A stretch of DNA of 64,000 nucleotides from Fidelibacterota bacterium (GCA_049975265.1 JBNGDF010000001.1:32001-96000); one strand, 5' to 3'; shown: positions 11,401 through 20,394, counted from the stretch's first letter. Translations and numbers: made by a program. Notes: generated by a model from the sequence alone, not told the origin.

Positions 11401-11816
11401 TGGAACGGGAGAAGAAATATTTCTGGAGAGTCGTTGCCACCGACATGGGTGGTCATCAGACCTGGGGCTCAAACAGCCGCGATAATCCTTTTGTCTTTAC
11501 CACCATCGGCTACAGAAGAGCTCCCAACCTGGTCCCGCAGCAGTTTATGCTGTATCAAAATTATCCAAATCCCTTCAACCAGGTAACGAAAATCAAATAT
11601 GTGGTTTCCGAACTGGGAACCGTTGAAGTGAGCATTTATGATATCCTTGGTCAGAAGGTTCGCTCGCTGGCGGATGGGCGGCATCAACCAGGCATCTACG
11701 AGGTCGTCTGGGACGGAACCGACAACAGCGGCATCGCCGTTCCCGGCGGCATGTACATTTGCCGCATGCATGCCCGGAACTTCAGCTCCCATAAAAAGGT
11801 ATTATTAATGAAATGA
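8406..11816 (+). CDS. Large secreted fibronectin-III-like repeat protein with T9SS-type/FlgD-Ig C-terminal domain
   Basis: Signal peptide; repeated W..A.DPD...L.Y...YYWRV.A.D..G..S.WS units; C-terminal LYQNYPNPFN...IYDILGQKV...WDG...GMYI. Confidence 0.82.
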   Translation: MTHYLLHKARRLIFALLLSALPTISAAISISGLSLEGESDLCQCINHAPIFRWQLSDSTRELSFLIQLHKQQGDRDSLIWDSDTITCSGNHFQYRSLGTLRNGETYRLSIQTLDNQNGSTDETSLTFTMNTPPTVPRVDPKKPPVAKGNFLRLPPITATDRQILDSDIAFQLQIYPDSLLTAPILDTLLPGSAAVHDQIIPLPTGTLQDNSFGFFRLRSYDGVEFSNWSPVRNFPNNVRNDPPRDFDLVAPLYGDTLSDIPIFRWQAAEDPDVVFGNDSLRYIIEYSTDSTFHYYVNTITVGGHRTEFALEKVVNHETYYWRVWAMDTEGATRRSRHTGRFTVNTGNRTPAAPKILAPLDKQVLTPTQYILWRFEDDPDSADRLSFTVIILDSITKETVFEEVLSDSLVTVSRFGLAEDFSIGYNNIAQYQLRRIDPTRLSDGHYYTVQVIASDNWGGFATSTRDNAMFRYDDNINTAPEAPQSGFFPHNMTVRHLRPTFGWDAAVDKDVNDRLKYRVQISRDSTFSNRRYIVQESRYSQTSLRLRTTLLENTTYYWRVRSIDLEEATSPWSSVMHFTVNQYNEAPDGIVTLAAPSDLSEIADSSWIKWLPVFDPDPEDSVHYIIEISTKTTFYSPLVQTRLSTPPHPADICHTDTLAVRFSTIGANKKISDNHLYFWRILACDRFNVCGPAPDSPNRFIYNPINDPPFSVSRGFRPANGAIVNSRTPLLSWYSASDPDFSDLQMNLSYKIQIARDGLFQDEKLREYQTAPGDTSYNVSQPLAENQKYFYRIQTVDSHGATSGWSTINSFITNEFPEPPFPVSTGFSPKDSVIVTSSDPLITWLPTSDPDPGQYSRDLFYTLRYFRTAKPSKYFDIFSEKGVTSVQLAYLKEDHYYGYRVAAVDPDGLQSDWSDIHYFGVDAVPQYPTEFQLLSPRYYQDSVRTDFKFQWQASRDQDLGDKIQYTFHYSTDSSFSSSTFEAVVESEDTLIVEYQPAIPLEREKKYFWRVVATDMGGHQTWGSNSRDNPFVFTTIGYRRAPNLVPQQFMLYQNYPNPFNQVTKIKYVVSELGTVEVSIYDILGQKVRSLADGRHQPGIYEVVWDGTDNSGIAVPGGMYICRMHARNFSSHKKVLLMK

Positions 11817-11821
11817 AAATT

Positions 11822-12259
11822 TTATATGGAATCCGCCAGACTTTCCAAAAACTCAATATAGTGAGACGGCAGCGACCAGTAGTACGCCTGTTCGAGAACT
11901 ATTTCCTGGAGACCGCGGTTAACTATCTGATTTGAACCGATTTCCGTAATATACATAAATGCCGCAGCGGTCCGGCTGTCCAGAAAGCGGACCTTGCGTG
12001 TTATCTTTTCAAAATCCCCCAGTGAATCCGCCTCTTTCTGATCGAGGAAGTGAATATCCCGCATCGATAAGCACCAGACAATTCCCCATACGGTGGACGA
12101 ATCGTCCGCTACTATCGTCAACTTTCCCTGCGAATTAAACGCCAGCCGGTATCCCGGCAGCTCCGCTACGCCTTCAAAAGCAACCCCCGGACATATACCC
12201 CGGATAATATCCTCGTTCATATTATCGGCGTAGGCAAAATAGAGCCGAGAATTATTCAT
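11822..12259 (-). CDS. Gamma-glutamylcyclotransferase (AIG2-like) family protein
   Basis: LYFAYADNM (YGSN-like), LPGYRLAF, VWGIVW, LDxxE. Confidence 0.75.
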   Translation of the reverse strand: MNNSRLYFAYADNMNEDIIRGICPGVAFEGVAELPGYRLAFNSQGKLTIVADDSSTVWGIVWCLSMRDIHFLDQKEADSLGDFEKITRKVRFLDSRTAAAFMYITEIGSNQIVNRGLQEIVLEQAYYWSLPSHYIEFLESLADSI

Positions 12260-12384
12260 ATCCCCATCTCCCAAAAATTTTCCCTTTCAAAATGCCTATA
12301 AAAATATTAACAGATACTCCCAAAATGCAAGTGGATTGTGAAAAAATATGATGTTGGGAAAATGCCATCCATACTATCGCCGAT

Positions 12385-13764
12385 CTACCGAAAAGCCAGC
12401 CGGGCAAAAAAGTGTCGTAGCGGCGACTCCTGTTGATCAACCAAAACCATCCCCCGCAAATGTTCGCGCCGGGCATACAGCTCCGTCACTGCACGGGCAA
12501 CGTACTCCAGATGACCACCGGTATAAACCCGCCGCGGCAATGCCAGCCGCATCAAATCCAGTTCCGGATATATCCACCGCCCGCTTTGCAGGTCTTTACG
12601 CGCAAACATCAGACTACCCACCTCCGTAGCACGAATACCGGATTCCAGATAGAGATTTACCACCAGCGTCTGTCCGGGAAATTCCGCCTGCGGGATATGC
12701 GGTAAAAATTTGCGCGCATTTACGTAAACCGCATGCCCGCCGGTGGGCTTCAGAATCGGTACACCGCCATCTTCAAGCAACCGACCCAGATAGTTCACCT
12801 GTCCGATACGGTATGCCAGATAATCTTCATCCTGAACCTCTTCAAGCCCGCGGGCAATCGCCTCCAGGTCGCGCCCTGCCAGACCGCCGTAGGTCAGAAA
12901 CCCCTCTGTCAAAATCAGCTTTTCTTTGAGTGGTACCATCAGAGCAGGGTCATTAAAAGCAATAAAGCCACCGATATTTACAATGGCATCTTTCTTGGCA
13001 CTCATGGTGCAACCATCGGCATAGGAGAACATCTCCCTGACGATCTCAGAAATTTTACGGTCCCTATACCCGGATTCCCGCCGCTGAATAAAAAAAGCGT
13101 TCTCGGCAAACCGGCAGGCGTCCAGGAACAGAGGTACATCATAGCGGTTACACAGAGCCCGGACCTGCCGCAGATTCTCCATGGAGACCGGCTGCCCGCC
13201 GCCGGAATTATTGGTCACGGTGATAAAGACCACCGGCACGTTTTCACGTTCCCCGCCTGCAAGGAGCTCTTCCAGCTTCCCAACATCCATATCGCCCTTG
13301 AAAGGGTATTCCCGCTCGGGGTCTTTCCCCTCTTCGATCACCAGGTCCAGCGGAATTCCGCCATTGGCCAGAACATTTGCCCGGGTAGTATCAAAATGAT
13401 TGTTGTTGGGGACCGTCATCCCGGGTTTTACTATCGTCGAAAAAAGCAGGTTTTCGGCGACGCGTCCCTGATGGGTGGGAATGACAAACTGTTTGCCGGT
13501 CAAATCCTTAACCGTCTCTTCAAAGTGATACCAGTTGCGACAATGCGCATAGGATTCATCTCCCAGTTGCATACCAGCCCACTGATTATCACTCATTGCT
13601 CCGGTTCCACTGTCGGTCAAAAGATCAATGTATACCATTTCAGAGGGAATGTTGAACAGATTGTAACCGGCTTTTTCGAGAATGGTCTGTCGTTCAGAAC
13701 GGGTGGTTTTCCTGATCGGCTCAATCACCTTGATTCTGAAGGGTTCGGGAATATATTTTTCCAT
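12385..13764 (-). CDS. tnaA: Tryptophanase (PLP beta-eliminating lyase)
   Basis: EPFRIK, DLLTDSGT, GDESY, SAKKD PLP lysine; RATEVG and LRHF match tryptophanase rather than tyrosine phenol-lyase (ERG / LRFF). Confidence 0.88.
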   Translation of the reverse strand: MEKYIPEPFRIKVIEPIRKTTRSERQTILEKAGYNLFNIPSEMVYIDLLTDSGTGAMSDNQWAGMQLGDESYAHCRNWYHFEETVKDLTGKQFVIPTHQGRVAENLLFSTIVKPGMTVPNNNHFDTTRANVLANGGIPLDLVIEEGKDPEREYPFKGDMDVGKLEELLAGGERENVPVVFITVTNNSGGGQPVSMENLRQVRALCNRYDVPLFLDACRFAENAFFIQRRESGYRDRKISEIVREMFSYADGCTMSAKKDAIVNIGGFIAFNDPALMVPLKEKLILTEGFLTYGGLAGRDLEAIARGLEEVQDEDYLAYRIGQVNYLGRLLEDGGVPILKPTGGHAVYVNARKFLPHIPQAEFPGQTLVVNLYLESGIRATEVGSLMFARKDLQSGRWIYPELDLMRLALPRRVYTGGHLEYVARAVTELYARREHLRGMVLVDQQESPLRHFFARLAFR

Positions 13765-13768
13765 CTTG

Positions 13769-13846
13769 ACGTCTCTCCTGTTAGATCGTTGGTTTATGAC
13801 AATATCAATCCCGTCAACGATCTAACTGGGAGCCCGCCGCAGACGT
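13769..13846 (-). promoter_or_regulatory. Long 5'-UTR hairpin that sequesters the tnaA Shine-Dalgarno sequence
   Basis: Perfect 12-bp inverted repeat 13780-13791 / 13815-13826, extended by CUCC:GGAG and ACGUCU:AGACGU pairs; AGGAG lies in the 3' arm. Confidence 0.6.
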
Positions 13847-13893
13847 GCAAAGTAATATTTTTCAGATAAGAAATCGCCGTTCCAGGATAGCAT
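13822..13893 (-). CDS. Candidate leader peptide MLSWNGDFLSEKYYFARLRRAPS upstream of tnaA
   Basis: 23-codon ORF (ATG 13893, TAG 13824-13822) with a Trp codon, ending inside the 5' arm of the hairpin; only a weak RBS. Confidence 0.3.
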   Translation of the reverse strand: MLSWNGDFLSEKYYFARLRRAPS

Positions 13894-13913
13894 GGTATTC
13901 CGGTGAATTGTAT

Positions 13914-14210
13914 CTATCTCGATTTCTTTTTTATATCTTTCTGCAATTTTTTCAATGTCTTGTTCGCGTCCCGCTCGCCCTCTTTCAGAAGTCTCTCGCT
14001 CTTCTTTAGTATCTTTTCACCCTGCCTGATCAACTCGGATTTCTGGGCTTCATTATAGGAAACACCGACAGCCACCGCTAAAATAATAAAAGAAATCAGC
14101 GCCCACTTCACCAGTTTTCTGAACACCATAAACAGAAATAGAATCAGAACCGCCACGAGCGCCAGGGCGATAATCGGATTGACTGAGAGATAATCGATCC
14201 AGTTTTCCAT
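13914..14210 (-). CDS. Small two-TM membrane protein with basic coiled-coil tail
   Basis: Two hydrophobic segments; GGAGG upstream; co-oriented with the padR gene. Confidence 0.7.
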   Translation of the reverse strand: MENWIDYLSVNPIIALALVAVLILFLFMVFRKLVKWALISFIILAVAVGVSYNEAQKSELIRQGEKILKKSERLLKEGERDANKTLKKLQKDIKKKSR

Positions 14211-14225
14211 TTTCCCTCCCGTTGA

Positions 14226-14741
14226 TTACAAAAGAGACAACAGCTCTCGGGTCCATTTGCGCTCCGCCTGCCAGAGAGACAGCGGACGCGAAAGCATAGC
14301 CCTCTCCAGCATACTGGGATTGTTGATACTGGTCAGCTCCTTGACTTTCGTCTGGATCAGGCGGCTTAACTCAGAGTCGTAGAGCGATAGCGCCTCCTTC
14401 ATTTCGTGCCGGTCCAGCACATCACCGAACCGCAAGCCGGTTTCAAACAGACTGGCTTCCGGTCGCGGTTGCGACAGGACTTTTTTAATCTCCTCCGTAA
14501 AAACCTGGCGCCCCTTAAAGGTCATCGCATAGACCCGCCGACCGGGAAGATTTTCCTGCGGCTTGAAATGACTTTCCAGAAAACCGGCTTTCTCCAGTTT
14601 CTTCAGGGTAGAATAGATCGTGGAAAATCCGATTTTCATGCGATCACGAATGCTTCTATCAACGATTTCCTTCTCAACATGATAGGCGTGGCACGGTTTC
14701 TTTTGAATGATTCCAAGTACCGTTAGTTCGAGTTGCGTCAT
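14226..14741 (-). CDS. PadR family transcriptional regulator
   Basis: VLGII..PCHAY, STIYSTLKKLEKAG, RRVYAMTFKGR; Vir_act-like C-terminal helices. Confidence 0.88.
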   Translation of the reverse strand: MTQLELTVLGIIQKKPCHAYHVEKEIVDRSIRDRMKIGFSTIYSTLKKLEKAGFLESHFKPQENLPGRRVYAMTFKGRQVFTEEIKKVLSQPRPEASLFETGLRFGDVLDRHEMKEALSLYDSELSRLIQTKVKELTSINNPSMLERAMLSRPLSLWQAERKWTRELLSLL

Positions 14742-14842
14742 CTATTCCATTCCAAAAATATTACCTGCGGACAATAGCAAATTTAACGGAATTTCCGGTT
14801 TAATTGCAAAAAAACTTCCGCAAGGCGCGGCTCCTGTTCAAA

Positions 14843-15550
14843 TCATTTGGAATCAATGTCACGGTTCACCCGATATTCACTAAATCCAATCGTAATCCTG
14901 CCGGTTACTGGTTCACCACCCGTCCGTCCATCGAAGTACCCGACAGGAGATTCGATGGACGGACGCTGCATTTCCGGAATCGGTTTTTGCATTCTGAGAT
15001 CGACAATTGTTGTTTCGGGTAACCAGAATTTCTCATACTGTCGATACTGAATGGTTATCATCGTTTCCACTATATCGGGTCTCCTCATCACAATCTTATC
15101 CAGGCTCCAGCGCTGCGGATTGATCCAGAGGGTTGTGGTCATTTTCGATCCCTTTTCAAGCGGCTGAAGCCGCAGAATATAGACACCATCCTCATTCTGA
15201 CCGGGCTGGCTTTCCAGTTCGATGGTTGACTTTTCTGTCAGCTCCTCGATCTGGGATGGGGCAAGCCCGATCCTGGGTAACATGGCGAATCCATCCGTTT
15301 CGACATGGAATTTGTCAGGTTTCGTATAAAAGAGGCGCAGCTCCTTATCCGGCATCCGCAGATTCGGAATATCTGCCGAAACCGTCACCGTCACCGAATA
15401 GTTCTCAATGGATTCAAGGCCCGAACGGACCATTTTCAGAATACCCGCCGGTTCGGAAAAAGGCTGAGCCGGTAAGCCGCTCCAGATACCCGACAGCAGA
15501 CCGATAATGCAAATTTTACAAACAGGTTTGACAAATTTTGGATTCATCAC
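14843..15550 (-). CDS. LolA-like / outer-membrane lipoprotein-sorting fold periplasmic protein
   Basis: Signal peptide; FYTKPDKFHVE, YILRLQP, LWINP, YEKFWLP, FSEYRVN pattern. Confidence 0.6.
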   Translation of the reverse strand: MMNPKFVKPVCKICIIGLLSGIWSGLPAQPFSEPAGILKMVRSGLESIENYSVTVTVSADIPNLRMPDKELRLFYTKPDKFHVETDGFAMLPRIGLAPSQIEELTEKSTIELESQPGQNEDGVYILRLQPLEKGSKMTTTLWINPQRWSLDKIVMRRPDIVETMITIQYRQYEKFWLPETTIVDLRMQKPIPEMQRPSIESPVGYFDGRTGGEPVTGRITIGFSEYRVNRDIDSK

Positions 15551-16392
15551 GATAAAATATCTTTCCGTATAAACACCAGCATACTCAGTACATAAAAGCC
15601 GGCAATATAGCCCGCCAGACAGAGTACTTTGTGCGCAATCTCGCCCCAGGGAATCGGATCGGCGAAAGGCGCAAAGAATACATCAAAATAGGTTGTAAAC
15701 AGATAGGGACGGATAACATTCAGCGCATCAATCTGAATGACCGACAGAATCAACGCCGCTACCAGTACGGCATAGGTACCGATGATCGGGCCGATTCCAT
15801 TGCCAGCTATGGTGGAAAAGAAAAACGTCAGCGCCGCCACCACCATCTGAACCACCACCGCCAGTCCATAGGCGATTACAAAACGGACAAGCGCCTCATT
15901 CTGCGAGAGAATCAGGATACCTTTATCAAAAACAAACAGGTCTCCGCCCCCAACAATCAATAACCCCGATCCGACGCAGATAAGCCCCAGATAGAATACG
16001 ATGACAACGGTATAGAAAAAAGTGGCGATAAACTTCGAGGTAAGGATTTGGAAACGGGATATCGGGCGGGTCATCAGTATCCGAAACGTCCCCGCTGACG
16101 CCTCACCCGCCATAATATCACCCCCCACCAATACAATGAAAAAGGGAAAGTGAACCCACAATACATTCATCAGATAGTAGGAAACCAACAAGCCGTTCAC
16201 CAGCGTACCGACAAACATAACTGAATCACCAAGCGGCTGCAGCGCCTGATCCTGTACATCAAAGCCGAAACGGTGTACCAGATACATTATTACCGGTACC
16301 AGCAGTGTGATCGTAGCAAAACCGATATATGTCCGCATGCGGTTAAAAATCTTTAAAATTTCGAAATAGGTCGCTTTAATCAGCAGAATCAT
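15547..16392 (-). CDS. ABC-2 type transporter permease
   Basis: GE.SAGTFRILMTRPISR...SKF motif; about 6 TM segments. Confidence 0.88.
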   Translation of the reverse strand: MILLIKATYFEILKIFNRMRTYIGFATITLLVPVIMYLVHRFGFDVQDQALQPLGDSVMFVGTLVNGLLVSYYLMNVLWVHFPFFIVLVGGDIMAGEASAGTFRILMTRPISRFQILTSKFIATFFYTVVIVFYLGLICVGSGLLIVGGGDLFVFDKGILILSQNEALVRFVIAYGLAVVVQMVVAALTFFFSTIAGNGIGPIIGTYAVLVAALILSVIQIDALNVIRPYLFTTYFDVFFAPFADPIPWGEIAHKVLCLAGYIAGFYVLSMLVFIRKDILS

Positions 16393-17307
16393 TTATTGTC
16401 CGTGCCGGATTTTCAACAGGGTTAAATAGTAATCTTCCAGCGACGTGCGGGGAACGATCGAGAATATCTTGAAACCGCTACGCACCAGGCATTCCGATAA
16501 AAGCGGACGGCTATCCGCATTCAGGTGGACTTTCAAAACCCCCTCCTCAAGGGCTATGTCGTCGAGCCATTCCTCGTTTTTCAGCAGCCGAAAGGCAGCG
16601 TCGGGACGATCGACCTGTACCTCGGTTACATAAAAATCCGTCTGACCCAGCAGATCCTTCACGGAACCCTGTACCACCATGGAACCATTATCGATAATCG
16701 CCATATGGGAGCAGACCTGCTCAACTTCGTGCAGCAGATGAGATGACAATAAAATGGTCATCTTCCTCTCGTGAGCCAGCAATATGATCAGCTCCCGGAT
16801 TTCATGGATTCCCTCCGGATCAAGCCCGGAAGTCGGTTCATCGAGAATCACCAGTTCCGGATCATGCAAAAGAGCCTGAGCGATTCCCAGCCGCTGCTTC
16901 ATACCATGGGAATAGTTACGTACATCCTCCCGTGCCCGGTCCTGCAGTCCGACGATTTCGAGCACTTCCTGTATCCGGTGGCGGCTTTGGCAGCCGCTCA
17001 GAGCAGCCAAAATATTCAGATTCTTTTCAGCACTCAGATACAGATAAAAGTCTGGTTTCTCCACCAGAGCACCGATGCGGGCATAGATCTTCTGTCCGGA
17101 GCAGCCTACCTTATGCGACAACAGCTCAAAGGTTCCGGCGCTCGGGCGGATCAGATTCAAGAGCATACGGATCGTGGTACTTTTCCCGGCACCATTTGGT
17201 CCCAGGAAACCGAAAATCTGTCCCTTTTCAACCGTCAGGTTCAGGTCCTTCACAGCCCAGCGGTTTCCAAACCGCTTTCCCAAATCATAGGTCTTTATTA
17301 CCATCAT
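16393..17307 (-). CDS. ABC transporter ATP-binding protein (BcrA-like)
   Basis: GPNGAGKST, YSHGMKQRL, ILDEPTSGLD, SSHLL. Confidence 0.95.
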   Translation of the reverse strand: MMVIKTYDLGKRFGNRWAVKDLNLTVEKGQIFGFLGPNGAGKSTTIRMLLNLIRPSAGTFELLSHKVGCSGQKIYARIGALVEKPDFYLYLSAEKNLNILAALSGCQSRHRIQEVLEIVGLQDRAREDVRNYSHGMKQRLGIAQALLHDPELVILDEPTSGLDPEGIHEIRELIILLAHERKMTILLSSHLLHEVEQVCSHMAIIDNGSMVVQGSVKDLLGQTDFYVTEVQVDRPDAAFRLLKNEEWLDDIALEEGVLKVHLNADSRPLLSECLVRSGFKIFSIVPRTSLEDYYLTLLKIRHGQ

Positions 17308-17390
17308 TGACCCCAAAATCGGGTGTCAATTTAAGGTTAAAGGAAACAGAATCCAACGGAATGTTTACCGGCTTTTCCTGTCAGGAAGGA

Positions 17391-18932
17391 TTACAACCAT
17401 AGTTGACGATCGAGACTGCGGTACTGAATCGCCTCCGCCAGATGCTCCGGACGGATGTTCTCCACTCCGGCAAGATCGGCTATCGTCCGGGATACTTTCA
17501 GAATGCGGTCGTATGCCCTGGCACTCAGCCCCAATCTGGTAATTGCATTATGCAGGAGGGTTTGTCCGTTGCTGTCAATTTTACAGAAACGGCGGATCAT
17601 CCTGGTATCCATATCGGCATTGGCATGAATGCCTTCAAATTGGGCAAAACGCTCCGTCTGCCGGCGGCGGGCTTGCTGAACCCTGCTTCGAATGTCCTCT
17701 GACTTTTCGCCCAGAGACTTTCCAGCCAGCTCGCTGATTTTGACCGCCGGAACTTCGATGTGAATATCGATCCTGTCCAGCAGCGGTCCTGAAATCCGGG
17801 ACATGTATTTCTGAATCTGCACTGGCGAACAGGTACAATCGTTGTTCGGGTCGGTAAGATATCCACAGGGACAGGGGTTCATTGCTCCCACGAGGATAAA
17901 ATTCGCCGGATAAGAAAGCGACATCTGTGCCCGGCTAATGGTCACAATGTTATTCTCCATGGGTTGGCGCAGCACTTCAAGGACATTTTTCTTGAATTCC
18001 GGCAATTCATCCAGGAAAAGGACTCCATGGTGGCTCAGGCTGACCTCACCAGGGCGGGGTAATTTACCGCCACCAACCAGAGCGGCATCGGATATTGTAT
18101 GATGGGGCGACCGGAAAGGACGGGTTGCAACAATTCCGGTTCCCTCCGGCACCAGACCGGCAACGGAGTGAATCTTGGTTGTTTCAAGCGCTTCATCCAG
18201 CGTAAGATTGGGTAATATGGAAGGAAACCGTTTCGCCAGCATCGTTTTACCGGAGCCGGGCGGTCCGATCATGATAATGTTGTGAGCACCAGCAGCCGCC
18301 ACTTCCAACGCCCGCTTGGCATTCTCCTGGCCCTTCACATCGGCAAAATCCTGTTCATAGCGGCGCTGCTCCTCAAAGAGTTCTGTGACATTGACATTTA
18401 CCGGCTCCGGCTCGAAATCGCCGTTTAAAAAATCGAGCGTCTCCTGAAGAGTATTGACTCCCACCACCCGCAACCCGCCGGCAATCGCTGCCTCCCGGGC
18501 ATTTACTCTGGGCAAAATAATCCCTTCAATGGAGGAATCCTGTCGAATCGAGACCGCAATAGGCAGCGCTCCCCGGATACCCCGCAGCGCACCATCTAGT
18601 GACAGCTCGCCAAGTACAATGTATTTTTCGAGCAGCTTCATGGACACCCGCCCGATGGCACTCAGGATACCGATGGAAATAGGCAGATCGAAAGCGCTGC
18701 CCTCTTTACGGATATCCGCCGGTGCAAGATTGATAACAATCTTATTCAAAGGAATAGAATAGCCACTGTTCTTAATCGCCGATTCGACCCGCTCCTTGCT
18801 TTCTTTTACAGCACCTTCCGGCAAACCAACCGTAATAAAGCGCGGAATCTGAGCATTCACCATATTGCACTCGACATTCACCACATAGGCGTCAATACCC
18901 AATACTGCAGCGCTTTTCACAAGAGAAAACAT
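17391..18932 (-). CDS. comM: ComM/YifB Mg-chelatase-like AAA+ ATPase
   Basis: INLAPAD.RKEG, GPPGSGKTM, FRSPHH, LFLDELPEF, NPCPCG, LLDRID. Confidence 0.94.
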   Translation of the reverse strand: MFSLVKSAAVLGIDAYVVNVECNMVNAQIPRFITVGLPEGAVKESKERVESAIKNSGYSIPLNKIVINLAPADIRKEGSAFDLPISIGILSAIGRVSMKLLEKYIVLGELSLDGALRGIRGALPIAVSIRQDSSIEGIILPRVNAREAAIAGGLRVVGVNTLQETLDFLNGDFEPEPVNVNVTELFEEQRRYEQDFADVKGQENAKRALEVAAAGAHNIIMIGPPGSGKTMLAKRFPSILPNLTLDEALETTKIHSVAGLVPEGTGIVATRPFRSPHHTISDAALVGGGKLPRPGEVSLSHHGVLFLDELPEFKKNVLEVLRQPMENNIVTISRAQMSLSYPANFILVGAMNPCPCGYLTDPNNDCTCSPVQIQKYMSRISGPLLDRIDIHIEVPAVKISELAGKSLGEKSEDIRSRVQQARRRQTERFAQFEGIHANADMDTRMIRRFCKIDSNGQTLLHNAITRLGLSARAYDRILKVSRTIADLAGVENIRPEHLAEAIQYRSLDRQLWL

Positions 18933-19024
18933 CCTCTTCTCCGTTTTTCTTAAAGTATGTTGGTGAAATATATCGGTTTTTTCACTGAGTTACAAAAGTT
19001 TTTACTGCCATGAAAGCGCCGAAA

Positions 19025-19063
19025 TATATCAATTTGATATAGCCGGTATATGCAATTGATATG
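19025..19063. promoter_or_regulatory. Tandem palindromic sites, candidate enhancer (UAS) for a sigma54 activator
   Basis: Perfect TATATCAA-T-TTGATATA (19025-19041) and related TATATGCAATTGATATG (19047-19063), 22 bp apart; extra half-site GAAATATATC at 18965. Confidence 0.6.
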
Positions 19064-19129
19064 ACGCAGGACGTAAAAGTCAGAACGGAATATCGATTTC
19101 CCGACGGAGCGGTGGCTCTCTGAACATTT

Positions 19130-19145
19130 TGGCACCGCTTTTGTA
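19130..19145 (+). promoter_or_regulatory. Sigma54-type (-24/-12) promoter
   Basis: TGGCACCGCTTTTGTA versus consensus TGGCAC-N5-TTGCW; GG-N10-GT variant, 35 nt before ATG 19181. Confidence 0.62.
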
Positions 19146-19180
19146 ATTGATTGAGATGAACGATGAAAGGAGACGAAAAA

Positions 19181-20365
19181 ATGATAATGCACACCATCAA
19201 AAAAATCCTGCACTACCTGATGATCCCCTTAATTACTCTGACTCTGTTCCGCCCTGTAATAGCCGGGAGCCGCGACGAAAATGCCCCTGACTTGGGCGAA
19301 GAGTACCAGCTGGCTGCCAAAGAGATGAAAAGCTGGTTCAGAAAGTGTCACCCTCAACCGCCTTTCCCGGAGGTCGATCGCCCCGGGCTTGGCTATTACA
19401 TCGACAACATCTCTTTTAAAGACGCCTATGAACTGAATTATTCAGGAAATACCGGTGTGCTGGTGAGTGGTAGTCGCAGCTGCAACGATCATCCGGTCTT
19501 GCAACGGGAAGACATCATCATAAAAATTGATGGGATTTCAATAAAACACCGGTCACACTTCGATGACTTTATTGCAGAAAAATCGATCGGCGACTCTGTT
19601 ACCGTTGAATTTTTACGCTACGGTGACACATTTCAGAAAAGACTCTCGGTTGTAAACGAGAACTCTCCCCGGAAATTTGAACAGTCCTGGAGCGATCCGA
19701 CCTCCCGGAAAAGCCGGGGCTTAGGAGGAATCGGATATAAACCGATGTATGTCAACATGGATTTATCCCCGATCAACGATCTGTACGGCACCCTCGGTTT
19801 TAATGAATTATCAGGATTCAACAATCTCCATCACGGATTCGATCTGCAGGGATTGATCGGCAACGGCTACTTCATCGGTGGTTATGGTGTTTGGACAGGA
19901 CAAAAACAGAGCATTCATTACGCCATAGATCAGGCTACATCGGTATACCGGGATATAAAATATACATCCGGCATGGGTGGCATATCGCTGGATAAACGTT
20001 ACCGGCTCGGCGATCGCTGGATGCTTTCTGCCGGCATAATGGTCGGCGGTGGATCCACCCGACTCGAAATCGATCAGTTTGAACAAACGGTGGACTGGCA
20101 CGAGATCGGTCTGGATACTACCGGATCGTATAACGATTACCTGCAGCTACAAAAAAAATACACTCTCTTGCAGCCACGCATTGCCATGATGTACCGGGTC
20201 TTGCCGGTTTTCTGGATTAAAGTTGAAGCCGGTTACATGCTAAGCTATTCCAGGAATGGCTGGCAACAGATTTTGAACGATAATAAACACTCCATAGATG
20301 AGCCGGGAAACGACTCTTCGATGAGCGGTTTCACCGTTAGCATTTCACCCTTTTTCGGGTTTTAA
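19181..20365 (+). CDS. Secreted protein: degenerate PDZ domain + C-terminal outer-membrane beta-barrel
   Basis: Signal peptide; RPGLG..GVLV..EDIIIKIDG..GDSVTVEFLR; amphipathic strands ending SISPFFGF (terminal Phe); AAGGAG RBS. Confidence 0.72.
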   Translation: MIMHTIKKILHYLMIPLITLTLFRPVIAGSRDENAPDLGEEYQLAAKEMKSWFRKCHPQPPFPEVDRPGLGYYIDNISFKDAYELNYSGNTGVLVSGSRSCNDHPVLQREDIIIKIDGISIKHRSHFDDFIAEKSIGDSVTVEFLRYGDTFQKRLSVVNENSPRKFEQSWSDPTSRKSRGLGGIGYKPMYVNMDLSPINDLYGTLGFNELSGFNNLHHGFDLQGLIGNGYFIGGYGVWTGQKQSIHYAIDQATSVYRDIKYTSGMGGISLDKRYRLGDRWMLSAGIMVGGGSTRLEIDQFEQTVDWHEIGLDTTGSYNDYLQLQKKYTLLQPRIAMMYRVLPVFWIKVEAGYMLSYSRNGWQQILNDNKHSIDEPGNDSSMSGFTVSISPFFGF

Positions 20366-20394
20366 CATCCTAGATTAGCATGAAAGGAGTTACC

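Noticed and set aside
12733..13869. 378-aa + strand ORF
   Set aside because: Antisense shadow of tnaA with no recognisable motifs.
13822..13893. Calling the uORF tnaC
   Set aside because: It lacks the TnaC W-x3-D-x7-P-stop spacing; kept only as an unnamed candidate.
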